A DNA stretch of 51,241 bases, taken from contig NC_057720.1 of NCBI RefSeq assembly GCF_004010195.1, forward strand, positions 25,162,736-25,213,976, written 5' to 3'. The first letter of the stretch is position 1; each line of letters opens with the position of its first letter. The translations under genes were made by a program, and so were the position numbers. The notes under the pieces were generated by a model, which did no database searches, had not been told where the DNA came from, and worked only from the letters and a program-made list of their open reading frames with translations. This stretch comes from Chiloscyllium plagiosum (lineage: Eukaryota). This document shows, one piece after another, positions 12,338 to 25,054 of this stretch.

Positions 12338-15310
12338 CGAGAGTAGTAATATCTGGATTACTCCCAGTGCTATGAGCTAGTGAGGGCAGGAATAGGAGGA
12401 TAGAGCTGCTCTTCCAGCACCACTGATCCAGATGAATGCATGGCTGAGGAGCTGGTGTATGAGAGAAGGATTCACATTTTGGATCATTGGAAGCTCTTTT
12501 GGGGTAGAAGTGACCTGTACAAGAAGGATGGATTGCACCTAAATTGGGATATCATAACAATTACAGAAACATGGCTCAGGGATGGGCAGGATTGGCAGCT
12601 TAATGTTCCAGAATACATATGCAACAGGAAGGACAGAAAGGGAGGCAAGAGAGGAGAGGGGAAGTCATGTTTTTGATAAGGAATAGCATTACAAGTGTAC
12701 TGAGGGAGGATATTCCCCGAAATATTCCAGGGGAGTTATTTGGGTGGAACTGAGAAATAAGAAAGGGATGATCACCTTATTGGGATTGTGTAATAGACCC
12801 CATTATAGTCAGGGAAATTGAGAAACAAATTTGCAAGGAGATCTCCGTTATCTGTAAGAATAATGGGGTGGTTATGAAAGGGGATTTTAACTTTCCAAAC
12901 GTAGACTGAGACTGCCATAGTGTTAAGGGTTTAGATGGAGAGGAACTTGTTAAGTGTGTACAAGAACATTTTCTGATTCAATATGTGGATGTATCTACTA
13001 GAGAAGGTGCAAAACTTGAACTACTCTTGAGAAGTCAGACAGGACAGGGAACTGAGGTGCCAGTGGGGGAGCTCTTTGGGGCCAGCGACCATAATTCTAT
13101 TAGATTTAAAATAGTGATGGAAAGGGACAGACTGGATCTAAAAGTTGAAGTTCTAAATTGAGGAAAGGCCAATTTGACGGTATTAGGCAAGAACTTTCAA
13201 AGCTGGTTGGGGGCAGATGTTTGCAGGTAAAGGGACAGCTGGGAAATGGGAAACCTTCAGAAATGAGATAACGAGAGTCCGGAGAAAGTGTATTCCTGTT
13301 AGGGTGAAAGGAAATGCTAGATAACTAAAGAAATTGAGGATTTGGTTAAGAAAAAGAAGGAAGCATATGTCAGGTATAGACAGGATATATCGAGTGAATC
13401 CTTAGAAGAGTATAAAGGCAGTAGGAATGTATTTAAGAAGGAAATCAGGAGGGGAAAAGGGAACATGAGATAGCTTTGGCAAATAGAGTTAAGGAGAATC
13501 CAAAGGGTTTTTTCAAATACACGAAGGACAAAATGGTAACTAGGGAGAGAATAGAACCCCTCAAATATCAACAAGGCAGCCTTTGTGTGGAGCCACAGAA
13601 AATGGGGGAGATAATAAACGAGTATTTTGCATCAGTATTTACTATGGAAAAGGACATGGAAGATGTAGAATGTAGGGAAGTAGATGGTGACATCTTGAAA
13701 AGTGTCCATATTACAGAGCTGGTTGTCTTGAATGCATAAAAGTGGATATATTCCCAGGATCTGATCAGGTGTACCCTAGAACTCAGTGGGAAGCGAGGGA
13801 AGTGATTGCTGGGCCTCTTACTGAGATATTTGTATCATCGATAGTCACACGTGAGGTGCCGGAAGACTGGAGGTTGGCTAACATGATGCCACTGTTTAAG
13901 AAGGGTCGTAAGGACAAGCCAGGGAACTACAAACCAGTGAGTCTGATGTCGGTGGTGGTCAAGTTGTTGGAGGGAATCCTGAGGGACAGGATATACATGT
14001 ATTTGGAAAGGACTGATTAGGAATAGTCAACATGGCTTTGTGTGTGAGAAATCATGTCTCACAAATTTGATTGAGCCTTTTGAAGAAGTAACAAAGAGGA
14101 TTGATGAGGGCAGATTAATTGATCTACATGGACTTCAGTAAGGCGTTCAACAACATTCCCCATGGGAGACTGGTTAGCAAGGTTAGATCTCATGGAATTC
14201 AGGGAGAACTCGCCATTTGGATATAGAAATGACTCAAAGGTAGAAGACAGACGGTGATGGTGGAGGGTTGTTTTTTACACTGGAGGCCTGTGACCAGTGG
14301 AGTGTCACAAAGATCGGTGCTGGGTCCACTACTTTTCATCATTTATATAAATGACTTTGATGTGAGAATAAGAGATACAGTTAGTAAGTTTGCAGATGAC
14401 ACCAAAATTGGAGGTGTAGTGGACAGCGAAGAAGGTTACTTTAGATTACAACAGGATCTTGACCAGATGAGCCAATAAGCTGAGAAGTGGCAGATGGAGT
14501 TTAATTTAGATAAATGTGAAGTGTTGCATTTTGGGAAAGCAAATCTTAGCAGGACTTATACATTTAATGGTAAAGTCCGAGGGAGTGTTGCTGACCAAAG
14601 AGACCTTGGAGTGCAGGTTCATAGCTCCTTGAAAGTGGAGTTGCAGGTAGATAGGATAGTGAAGAAGGCATTTGGTATGCTTTCCTTTATTGGTCAGATT
14701 ATTGAGTACAGGAATTGGGTAGTCATGTTGCGGCTGTACAGGACATTGGTTAGGCACTGTTGGAATATTGCGTGCAATTCTGGTCTCCTTCCTATCAGAT
14801 TTATGTTGTGAAATTGAAAGGGTTCAGAAAAGATTTACAAGGATGTTGTCAGGATTGGAGGGTTTGAGCTAGAGGGAAAGGTTAAATAGGCTAAGGCTAT
14901 TTTGCCTGGAGTGTCAGAGGCTGAGGGGTGACCTTATAGAGGTTTATAAAATCATGAGGGGCATGGATATGTTAAATAGGCAAAGTCTTTTCCCTGGGGT
15001 CGGGGAGTCCAGGACGAGAGGGTATAAGTTTAGGGTGAGAGGGGAAAGATATTAAAGAGACCGAAGGGGCAACCTTTTCACGCAGAGGATGATAAGTGTA
15101 TGGAATGAGCTGTCAGAAGGAAGTGGTGGAGGCCAGTACAATTGCAACATTTAAAAGGCATCTGGATGGATATATGAATAGGAAGGGTTTGGAGGGATAT
15201 GGGCCGGTTCCTGGCAGGTGTGACTAGATTGGTTGGGGATATCTGATCAGCATGGACAAGTTGGACTGAAGGGTCTGTTTCCCTGCTATGTCTCTATGAC
15301 TACATGACTA
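12338..15310 (+). mobile_element. CR1/HER1-like LINE, from the ORF1 esterase end through ORF2 (APE-RT) to the 3' tail; frameshifted
   Basis: DLYKKDGLHL (ORF1), ITETWL (APE), KFADDTKIGG (RT), tail ctctatgactacatgact; ~256-bp deletion across the ORF1/ORF2 junction relative to the 18.9-23.1 kb copy. Confidence 0.95.
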
Positions 15311-15369
15311 AGTAATCTGCAGTATCAATTGTCATGACTGGGAGAAGTGATTGATGTCCTGTCTTCTTT

Positions 15370-15700
15370 TTTCATTCATTCATGAGATGTGGGTGTCTCT
15401 GGCCAGGCCAGCATTTATTGCTTATCCCTAATGATTCCAAATGAGAGTCAACCACATTGCTGTTTTTCTGGAGTCATATGTCAGCCAGCCTAGGCAAGTA
15501 TGGTGTATTTCCTTCCCTCAAAGAACGTTAGTGAACCAGATAGATTTTTACAACAATTGATCACTATTATTTTTTACTTCGAAATTTTTACTGAATTCTA
15601 CCTTCACCATCTGGTGTGATTTGAACCGTTGTCCCTGGAACATCAGTCAGGCGTTCTGGATTACTAATCTAGTGACATTACCGCCACACCACTACCTACT
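15370..15700 (-). mobile_element. tRNA-derived SINE with (tgaa)n LINE-type tail
   Basis: Minus strand: ggtagtggtgtggcggtaatg head, B-box-like ggttcaaatc, 3' end gctggcctggccag...catgaatgaatgaa. Confidence 0.75.
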
Positions 15701-16256
15701 TTTAGCTATTAAGTGTTAATAAGTAAACTGGCAAAGATAAGGGCATGTTTGATCTAGGTTTTACTAACTCTGGTTCTAACTCTTGTGAGGTTGATCTTCA
15801 GTCAGCAATGTTGAATAGAGACTGCACTGATGACATTAAGATCCAATAAATGCTCTATAGACTGTCAACAAAGGAAGCTGTGTTTGTTTAAACCAGTGCA
15901 GAATCCTCTGTGATCTTCAGCTTCAAACAATATCTGGCAAATATCACATGTAATGAAGTGTGACATGTCTAGAAAATAGCGCAAATAGTTGGACTCCTTG
16001 CAATTGATGCATTCTGTTTGTTACTAGCTAAAATTCAATTGCATGGGAAATCTATACATGCAAAGGTAAAACAAACAGGTCAACAATGCAAACAATACAA
16101 TTTCCAACAGTTGCCAAAGTAAACCAGGATCTTATTTCAGGTTTCTAAGTTTGTTACAGTGATGGTTGTATGAATTTCTTTCTATTCTTGGCATGACTTC
16201 CACAATCCCATCCAGAAAGGATTCCTTATTAGAAAGGTCTAACAAGCAAAGTCAAT

Positions 16257-16420
16257 ACAGGTCATTCTGTTATCAGGCACATTTCGCAAACACGGTTGAT
16301 GAACTGGGGACATTGTTTCTACGGCATGAACTTTTAAAATGTGTGTTGTCTGTAACATGATTATAGCGGCAACACTTTAAGTACTGTTCCTCAAGTGCGA
16401 TTTTTCCATAATGCAGGGTT
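16257..16420. mobile_element. Tc1/mariner (Tigger-like) MITE remnant
   Basis: Begins TA-caggtcattctgttat, with internal ataa/ttatagc sub-repeats; second terminus not recognisable. Confidence 0.35.
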
Positions 16421-17179
16421 GAACTGATGATTGCACTTTTAAGCAAAGACAAAAGTCCTGGACTGCGAAATCTGATGGTGCCATGCCTATTTAATATCTT
16501 TGAATTTAAACGAACATTATTCTCAGGAACATGAATGATTACTTTCTTTTGATGCAAACTGATGTTTAACCCCATTGTGTTTCTGAAAATAAAATTAAGT
16601 TGAAGAATGGCATTTTGCATTGGGTTGGTTTTGAGGAATGAAAGTGAAGCACAAAATCCTATACCGTGGGATACAACCGAAGTTTAGAAAAGTGAAATGG
16701 ACAGATAAATTGGCTAATAGTAATTAGGAGGTATTGAAGTTGATTTAAAACCAAAACTTATTAGGAGAAAAGAAAAATAATTGGAGTGCCATTAAAGTAA
16801 AGGACTTTAAAGTAAAGTTCCTGATGTAATCCCTTAGGCTGATGCGTCTACATGGAACTAATTCAGGTTGTGTTCCAAAGCAAGGACAGGTATCTGAATT
16901 GGGTAGGACTCAAAGTATACAGTAATGTATAATGGGTCGGTGAGCTTTGGTGCCTCTCCAGAATAAGAATGATAATGCATCCTGCTTGCATGTGGGAGAT
17001 TCTATTACATTTGAAGAAAGATCTGCAGTGAACAATCCTGACATTTTCATTGTCGTATTATGTGACCTTCTTTATTAAAAACAATATTTCTGTGAGCTAA
17101 TAATTCAGCTAGTTGACTCAAGGACTCCTGAAAGGGAGCAGCATGCGAGAGCTGCACCAGAGATTTGGCTGCTGCTTCG

Positions 17180-17270
17180 GTGTCACAGGACTCGAAATGT
17201 TGACTCTGCTTTCCCTACCGCTGATGCTGCCAGACCTGCTGAGTTTCTCCAGCAATTTCATTTTTACATA
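17180..17270 (+). mobile_element. PLE pLTR-derived fragment
   Basis: gactcgaaatgttgactctg...gatgctgccagacctgctgagtttctccagca; same family as 9338-9556. Confidence 0.6.
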
Positions 17271-17525
17271 TCTTATTTCTCCCACTAGCCATGTTTTGAA
17301 GTTTCTGATCAAAATAAAGGTTTTTTTTGGCTCACCCAATAAAATGGTAAATTGGCTGAAGTAAATTTCACAGAAGAGAAATTCATCTCACCAGTCTTGG
17401 TTGGATTTCATTCCATAATCAGAAGGCCTGTATCACATTGGGAAGTTCAAGTTGCTTCTATTGGATAATGGCTGTTACACTGTAATGGGGAGGGATAGAT
17501 GATGGGGATAGAAAATTATATATTG

Positions 17526-17907
17526 GGTGACCTTATAGAGGTCAAAATGAGGTTATAAAATGATGAGGGTCGTGGACAGGATGAATATCCAAGGTTTTTT
17601 CCCTGGGTTGGTGCGTCCAAATCTAGAGTGTGTAAGTTTAAGGTGAGAGAGAAAGACTTAATAAAACCTGAGAGAACTTTTTCATGCAGAGCTGGTATGT
17701 GTATGGAATGAGCTGCCAGAGTAAGTGGCGAAGGCAGATACAAGTACAAGTTTTAAAAGGTATCTGGGTGGTACATGAATAGAAAGTTCTTGGAGGGGTA
17801 TGGGTCAAATGCTGGCAAATGGGGCTAGGTCAGATTGGGATGTCTGGTCGGTGTGGACAAATTGGACCAAAGGGTCTGTTTCTATGCTGTAGAACTCTAC
17901 GACTATG
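17526..17907 (+). mobile_element. CR1/HER1-like LINE 3' fragment
   Basis: Collinear with 14927-15305; ends aagggtctgtttctatgctgtagaactctacgac. Confidence 0.88.
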
Positions 17908-19220
17908 TACAGAAGTGGGGAGGGGGTGGAGGGTTGGTGGGGGTGGTGAGACAATGTTCTTGCTGTGGGATAATTAATGGCAGTGCTGCCAGTTTTCTTT
18001 AAGAGATTGGAAGGTGAAATGGGTGATGCTTTGGAGCAGGCAAAACAAAACAGTAATGCAATGTAATACAAAGAGAGTGAACAAGAATTAGTTCACATGA
18101 AAGTTGTGGGGATGTATGTCAGAGAAAGTAAAACAAAGCCACTACAGGAAGGATTTGGTTCAGTGGCACAAGATGAAGTGAAAGAGATACGGCTAGTATT
18201 GTGATGTTTGTAATAAGGAAAGGTGCTATAGGAAGTGAGATGTTAGGAGAGTGAAAACTTTTCTGGGCATCAGAGGAGAGAAAACACGTATAATTACATT
18301 GGATTGAAACAGAAAGGTAGCACAGAAAACCATTGCTGTGATAAAAGGAATCAGAAGTGCTGTGGAAGAAAAAGAAGAGGAAAATGCTATACCATAGAGA
18401 AATTAGAGCAAATTGACACTTGGTAGGAATTTGGGATACAAAATAGGACATAATAAAAACTAACCATGTTCTTTAGTAATCTAATCCATCTTTTGAGAAA
18501 TAATTGATAACAATAATAATTGAAATTGAACTTAACAAAGTCTAAAACAAGATTAACTGTCTGCTTGGGTGAATCTTGTATGTCAAAGTTTGTTAAATTC
18601 AAAAGAATACAAAATGAGAGCTTAATTTTAATAATCAGTCTTCATGCTAAAATTACATGACAGTTACTGCACATTGCTCACCACAGTAACGATAAGGTAA
18701 CAATTTTATGAATTTTCCAGTTGGTAGAAAAGAGCCTTGCTACTGCATTTTAACAATTGTGCTGATTGTTTTTACATTACAAAAATAGTAGTAACAAATC
18801 TGTGCGCAATTTGACCAACTGAATGGGGGGAAAAAAAGACATTTATTTGTAATGACAATGTCGTCAGCCCAGTAAGTGAGCATAGAGTCATAGAGATGTA
18901 CAGCATGGAAACAGACCCTTCGGTCCAACCCGTCCATGCCGACCAGATATCCCAACCCAATCTAGTCCCACCTGCCAGCACCTGGCCCATATCCCTCCAA
19001 ACCCTTCGTATTCATATAACCATCCAAATGCCTCTTAAATGTTGCAATTGTACCAGCCTCCACCACATCCTCTGGCAGCTCATTCCATACACATACCACC
19101 CTCTGCATGAAAAAGTTGCCCCTTAGGTCTCTCTCATATCTTTCCCCTCTCACCCTAAACCTATGCCCTCTAGTTCTGGACTCCATGATCCCAGGGAAAA
19201 GACTTTGTCTATTTATCCTA

Positions 19221-20116
19221 NNNNNNNNNNNNNNNNNNNNNNNNNNNNNNNNNNNNNNNNNNNNNNNNNNNNNNNNNNNNNNNNNNNNNNNNNNNNNNNN
19301 NNNNNNNNNNNNNNNNNNNNNNNNNNNNNNNNNNNNNNNNNNNNNNNNNNNNNNNNNNNNNNNNNNNNNNNNNNNNNNNNNNNNNNNNNNNNNNNNNNNN
19401 NNNNNNNNNNNNNNNNNNNNNNNNNNNNNNNNNNNNNNNNNNNNNNNNNNNNNNNNNNNNNNNNNNNNNNNNNNNNNNNNNNNNNNNNNNNNNNNNNNNN
19501 NNNNNNNNNNNNNNNNNNNNNNNNNNNNNNNNNNNNNNNNNNNNNNNNNNNNNNNNNNNNNNNNNNNNNNNNNNNNNNNNNNNNNNNNNNNNNNNNNNNN
19601 NNNNNNNNNNNNNNNNNNNNNNNNNNNNNNNNNNNNNNNNNNNNNNNNNNNNNNNNNNNNNNNNNNNNNNNNNNNNNNNNNNNNNNNNNNNNNNNNNNNN
19701 NNNNNNNNNNNNNNNNNNNNNNNNNNNNNNNNNNNNNNNNNNNNNNNNNNNNNNNNNNNNNNNNNNNNNNNNNNNNNNNNNNNNNNNNNNNNNNNNNNNN
19801 NNNNNNNNNNNNNNNNNNNNNNNNNNNNNNNNNNNNNNNNNNNNNNNNNNNNNNNNNNNNNNNNNNNNNNNNNNNNNNNNNNNNNNNNNNNNNNNNNNNN
19901 NNNNNNNNNNNNNNNNNNNNNNNNNNNNNNNNNNNNNNNNNNNNNNNNNNNNNNNNNNNNNNNNNNNNNNNNNNNNNNNNNNNNNNNNNNNNNNNNNNNN
20001 NNNNNNNNNNNNNNNNNNNNNNNNNNNNNNNNNNNNNNNNNNNNNNNNNNNNNNNNNNNNNNNNNNNNNNNNNNNNNNNNNNNNNNNNNNNNNNNNNNNN
20101 NNNNNNNNNNNNNNNN
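19221..20116. other. Assembly gap (896 N) inside the LINE RT region
   Basis: Run of N; both flanks are collinear LINE sequence. Confidence 0.99.
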
Positions 20117-20751
20117 GTCAGGCTCACCAGTCTATAGTTCCCTGGCTTGTCTTTACCGCCCTTCTTAAACAGTGGCACCATGTTTGCCAACGTCCAGTCT
20201 TCCGGCATCTCACCTGTGACTATCGATGATACAAATATCTTAGCAAGAGGCCCAGCAATCACTTCTCTAGCTTCCCACAGAGTTCTCGGGTACACCTGAT
20301 CAGGTCCTGGGGATTTATCCACCTTTAACCCGTTTCAAGACATCCAGCACTTCCTCCTCTGTAATCTGGACATTTTGCAAGATGTCACCATCTATTTCCC
20401 TATATCTCCCATATCCTTTTTCACAGTAAATACTGATGCAAAATATTCATTTAGTATCTCCCCCATTTTCTGTGGCTCCACAAAAAGGCCGCCTTGCTGA
20501 TCTTTGAGGGGCCCTATTCTCTCCCAAGTTACCCTTTTGTCCTTAGTATATTTGTAAAAACCCTTTGGATTCTCCTTAATTCTATTTGCCACTATCTCAG
20601 GTCCCTTTTTTGCCCTCCTGATTTCCCTCTTAAGTATACTCCTACTTCCTTTATACTCTTCTAAGGATTCATTCGATCTATCCTGTCTATACCTGACATA
20701 TGCTTCCTTTTTCTTAACCAAACTCTTAATGTCTTTAGTCATCCAGCATTC

Positions 20752-20888
20752 TTGCTGTCACAAGGAATTAAGGGCTATGGGGAGAATGCGGGTAAGTGGA
20801 GTTGAAATGCCCATCAGCCATGATTGAATGGCGGAGAGGACTCGATGGGCTGAATGGCCTTACTTTCACTCGTATGTCTTATGGTCTT
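20752..20888 (+). mobile_element. Short 3' end of a second CR1 family, inserted antisense into the large LINE
   Basis: ...catgattgaatggcggagaggactcgatgggctgaatggcct...tcttatggtctt, flanked by attc at 20748-20751 and 20889-20892. Confidence 0.8.
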
Positions 20889-23249
20889 ATTCCCTATACC
20901 TACCAGCCTTCCCTTTCACCCTGACAGGAATATACTTTCTCTGGATTCTTGTTATCTCATTTCTGAAGGCTTCCCATTTTCCAGCCGTCCCTTTACCTGA
21001 GAACATCTGCCTCCGATCAGCTTTCGAAAGTTCTTGCCTAATACCATCAAAATTGGCCTTTCTCCAATTTAGAACTTCAACTTTTACATCTGGTCTATCC
21101 TTTTCCATCATGATTTTAAAACAAATAGAATTATGGTCGCTGGCCCCAAAGTGACGCTCCCCCACTGACGCCTCAGTCACCTGCCCTGCCTTATTTCCCA
21201 AGAGTGGGTCAAGTTTTGCACCTTCTGTAGTAAGTACATCCACATACTGAATCAGAAAATTGTCTTGTATGCACTTAAGAAATTCCTCTCCATCTAAACC
21301 TGTAACACTATGGCAGTCCCAGTCGATGTTTGGAAAGTTAAAATCCCTGACCATAACTACCGTATTATTTTTACAGATAACTGAGATCTCCTTGCAAGTT
21401 TGTTTCTCAATTTCCCTTTGACTATTAGGGGGTCTATTATACAATCCCAATAAGGTGATCATCCCTTTCTTATTTCTCACTTCCACCCTAATAACTTCCC
21501 TGGATGTATTTCCAGGAATATCCTCCCCCAGCACAGCTGTAATGCTATCCCTTATCAAAAATGCCACTCCCCCTCCTCTCGCCTCTCTTTCTATCCTTCC
21601 TGTAGTATTTGTATCCTGGAACATTAAGCTGCCAGTCCTGCCCATCCCTGAGCCATGTTTCTGTAATTGCTATGATATCCCAGACCCATGTTCCTAACCA
21701 AGCCCTGAGTTCATCTGCCTACCCTTGCATTGAAATAAATGCAGTTTAATTTATTAGTCCAACCTTGTCCCTGCCTGCGCCTGACTGTTGTTTGATTCAC
21801 TTTTGTTCTCAACCGTACCAGTCTCAGATTGATCTCTTTCCTCACTATCTCCCTGGGTCCCACCCCCCGACCTTACTAGTTTAAATCCTCCCGAGCAGTT
21901 CTAGCAAATTTCCCTGCCAGTATATTAGTCCCCTTCCAATTTGGGTGCAATCCGTCCTTCTTGTACAGGTCACTTCTACCCCAGAAGAGCTTCTAGTGAT
22001 CCAAAAATGTGAATCTTTCTCTCAATATCCAGCTCCTCAGCCATGCATTCATCTGCTCTAACCTCCTGTTCCTGCCCTCACTAGCTCGTAGCACTGGGAG
22101 TAATCCAGATATTACTACCCTTGAGGACCTCCTTTTCAAATTTCTGCCTAACTCTCTATAATCTCCCTTCAGAATCTCAACCTGTTCCCTTCCTATATCG
22201 TTGGTTCCAATGTGGACAATGACCTCTTGCTGGCCCCTCTTCCCCCGTGGGAACATTCTGCACTCTCTCTGAGACATCCTTGATCCTGGCACCAGGGAAA
22301 CAACACACCATTCTGTTTTTTCTCTACTGGCCACAGAAATGTCTGCCTGAACCTCGGACTACAGAATCCCCTAACACAATTGGTCTCTTGGAAGCCAGCG
22401 TACCCCTCGTTGCATTAGAGCCAGTCTGTACCAGAAACTTGGCTCTTCATGCTATGTTCCCCTGAGAATCCATCACTCCCTACATTTTCCAAAACAGCAT
22501 ACCTGTTTGAAATGGGTATATCCATAAAAGACTCCTGCCCTAGGTGCTGACCTCTCTTACCCTTCCTGGAGTTAACCTATCTATGTGACTGTATCTGAGA
22601 CTTTCCCCCCTTCCTATAACTGCCATTCATCACATACTGTTGCTGTTGCAAATTCCTCATCGTTTCTGTCTGTCTCTCCAACCAATCCACTCGATCTGAT
22701 AAGATTCGCATCCAACAGCATTTATGGCAGATATAATCTGCTGTAACCCTTAAACTCTGTTTAAACTCCCACATCTGACAAGAAGTACATATCACTGCAA
22801 AGGCCATTTTTTCTCCTTCACAATCTACAGACTTATCTCCAAAAACATATAATCAAGAAAGAACCCACTGTACTCACTAAAACAGCCTTTCTCTTGGACA
22901 GACTTAAAACAACAATTAACTTATCTGATTCTGTGTTGTGAACTTCGTCCAAACCGGTTCCTCAAAGATTAGTTGGGAAATTCACTGTTTGTTAATTTTC
23001 CCAGATGCACTCCCATGTCCAGCGATACATGAATTCAAAAGCAGCAAAGATAGTAACTGTGCAGGTTCTCTCTCTCTCTCTCTCCTGCACTGTCCTCACC
23101 AACACCGTGTTTTTGCCCATAACTTTCTCTGAGGAACTGTTATCTTGCAGTCTTTCGCAACATATTGTTAGACTGGATGCCTGCAGATCCTGGTAACTCT
23201 AGATTTGGATATTTCATTGTGAGTGAGTCCCCAGTCTCTCACTGTCATT

Positions 23250-24240
23250 CTTGGAACCATTCAGACCATTCAGCCTTCCTAATTGTTCTACTGTCAAGAG
23301 CATATTCCATTGACTTCACTTTATTTCATGTTGCTTGATATCCTTTACCTTTACCCCCCCCCCCCCCGCCACTCCAAAACATCTACAAGCTGCCTCAGTG
23401 TTTTCATCTGACAATCCACAGAATTCTTGCCTCTTGGGAAGCAAGTGCCAAATGCACACTAATGAGAAAAAGAAAGCTTCCTAATTCACAGCTAACTGGC
23501 TCTAATCTTAAGATTATTCACCTGCTCTGGATTTCTCCACTAAAATAAATTATCTGCATCTACTCCAAGAAATTTCTTTATGATTTTAATCTCAATTAGA
23601 GAACCCTTGATTCTTGTAAACTCAAGATAATACAAAATGTGTGTATGCAATTTATCCTCATAATCTGACCCTTTTACTTGTTCCTTGATTTATTCTGGTG
23701 ATCCTGCACTTTTACTCCTGCCAATGCAAGTATATCATTCCTGGGATTCATTACCAAATCAACACTTCACCAGATGCTATCTGGAGTGCTAACTGAAGCT
23801 TAATTTCCTTTCCTTTGAGTTTCAGTTCCCTAGAGATAAAGGCCAGCATTTTATTAGCCTATTTGATTAACATTTGCATTTGTGCACTAACATTTTTTAT
23901 TGATATCTGTATATAGCAGCTAAATCTCCTTACTCCTTTACAGAGAATTAAGATTAAAAAACAGTGCCTATCAGTGATGCAAAATAAAATTGCAAAGAAA
24001 GAAAATTTCAAAACAATGTACGCTCACTTGTATGTTATTTCTAGTCTATAAGTCTATATTCCAAATTAAGAAAATAGTCTCATTTGTCTTTCTCTGATCC
24101 AGAATGAGTGTCCTCAGAGCTCCACATATTTAATTTGCTTTGCTATTGATATATTCCTGTTTGTAGCTTCCTGCTTCCATCCACACAACTTACTATGTGC
24201 CCTAAAATGATATAAATAGTCTGATACCAAGATGCAACTT
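23250..24240 (-). mobile_element. Old, highly decayed CR1-class LINE 3' region
   Basis: Patchy similarity to CR1 ORF2 3' region (e.g. ctagagataaaggccagcatt...ttagcct versus 51027-51051). Confidence 0.5.
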
Positions 24241-24902
24241 GTTCTCAAGCTTGTGCTGTGAGACACTGACAAAAAGTGAAAGTTCATTTAGGGACAGCAC
24301 ATCTCCATTCAAATATCATGGTGAGATATCTGTGCTTCTCCTCCAGGTCACATGGTTAAAGTCAAGACCTTGGCAGTGTGTGAGATGCTATTTAAAGTGC
24401 ACCACTTTCTCTTTGTTGGGTATTATAATTTTTCTGGTGCTTCATTCTTTTTGTACCTTTCCTTGTCAAGATTCTTGGATTAGAGTTTTAATGCATTACA
24501 GAGTTATAATTGAAACACTACCACTATTTAGGTGAGGATCTCCTTGTCTGAAACCTAGAATGGATGCTCCTAATGTTTCTTTGCTCTCCAATGGATACTA
24601 ACAGTGCCCCATCTTTTTTGATGCTTCCTTTTAGGACAACCAGAACTTGTCAATTGGGCAAAATACCCCTTGCCATCTTTTTTTAAAATACTGAATATTT
24701 CTGTTACCTTCATCTTTGGCATGAGTAAAACAGAATTTTGACTCTACTTGCTCAAAGTGTTCAGAGCGATGATAAAAGTCTTACTCTTCTATTTGGACTC
24801 CAATAGGCCAGATGTAATTCCAAGCTGCTTTTCTAGTTTGTGTATATCCTTATCAACAGTCACACGATTACCACAGCAACGATGAACATGTCCTTACTAT
24901 GT

Positions 24903-25054
24903 GTTTAGATTAGGGTGATGCTGGAAAAGCAGTAATCCTGATGAAGGGCTTTTGCCCGAAACGTCGATTTTACTGCTCCTCAGATGCTGTGCTTTTCCAG
25001 CACCACTCTAATCTAAACTCTGGTTTCAAGCATCAGCAGTCATTGTTTTTACCT
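24903..25054 (+). mobile_element. PLE-derived fold-back element A with 15-bp TSD
   Basis: TSD atgtccttactatgt at 24888-24902 and 25055-25069; 29-bp inverted arms 24903-24931 and 24990-25018; 3' tail tctggtttcaagcatcagcagtcattgtttttacc. Confidence 0.9.
24929..24976 (+). ncRNA. Minimal type-I hammerhead ribozyme motif, intact core
   Basis: gcagtaatc-CTGATGA(24938-24944)-a-GGGC tttt GCCC-GAAA-CGTC(24965)-gattttactgc; stems I and II form, and stem III is reduced to the ACGU palindrome. Confidence 0.8.

Larger units (their letters stand above)
18881..23115 (-). mobile_element. Near full-length CR1/HER1-like LINE (5'UTR, ORF1 zinc finger plus SGNH esterase, ORF2 APE-RT); disrupted, contains the assembly gap
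   Basis: ORF1 ATG at 22807 (CTSCQMW...CHKC), HIGTNDIG esterase motif, APE motifs DFNFPNIDW and SDHN, 3' tail ctctatgactctatg. Confidence 0.95.

Noticed and set aside
19107..20322. Three long ORFs (324-369 aa) in the track
   Set aside because: Artefacts of translating the N gap.
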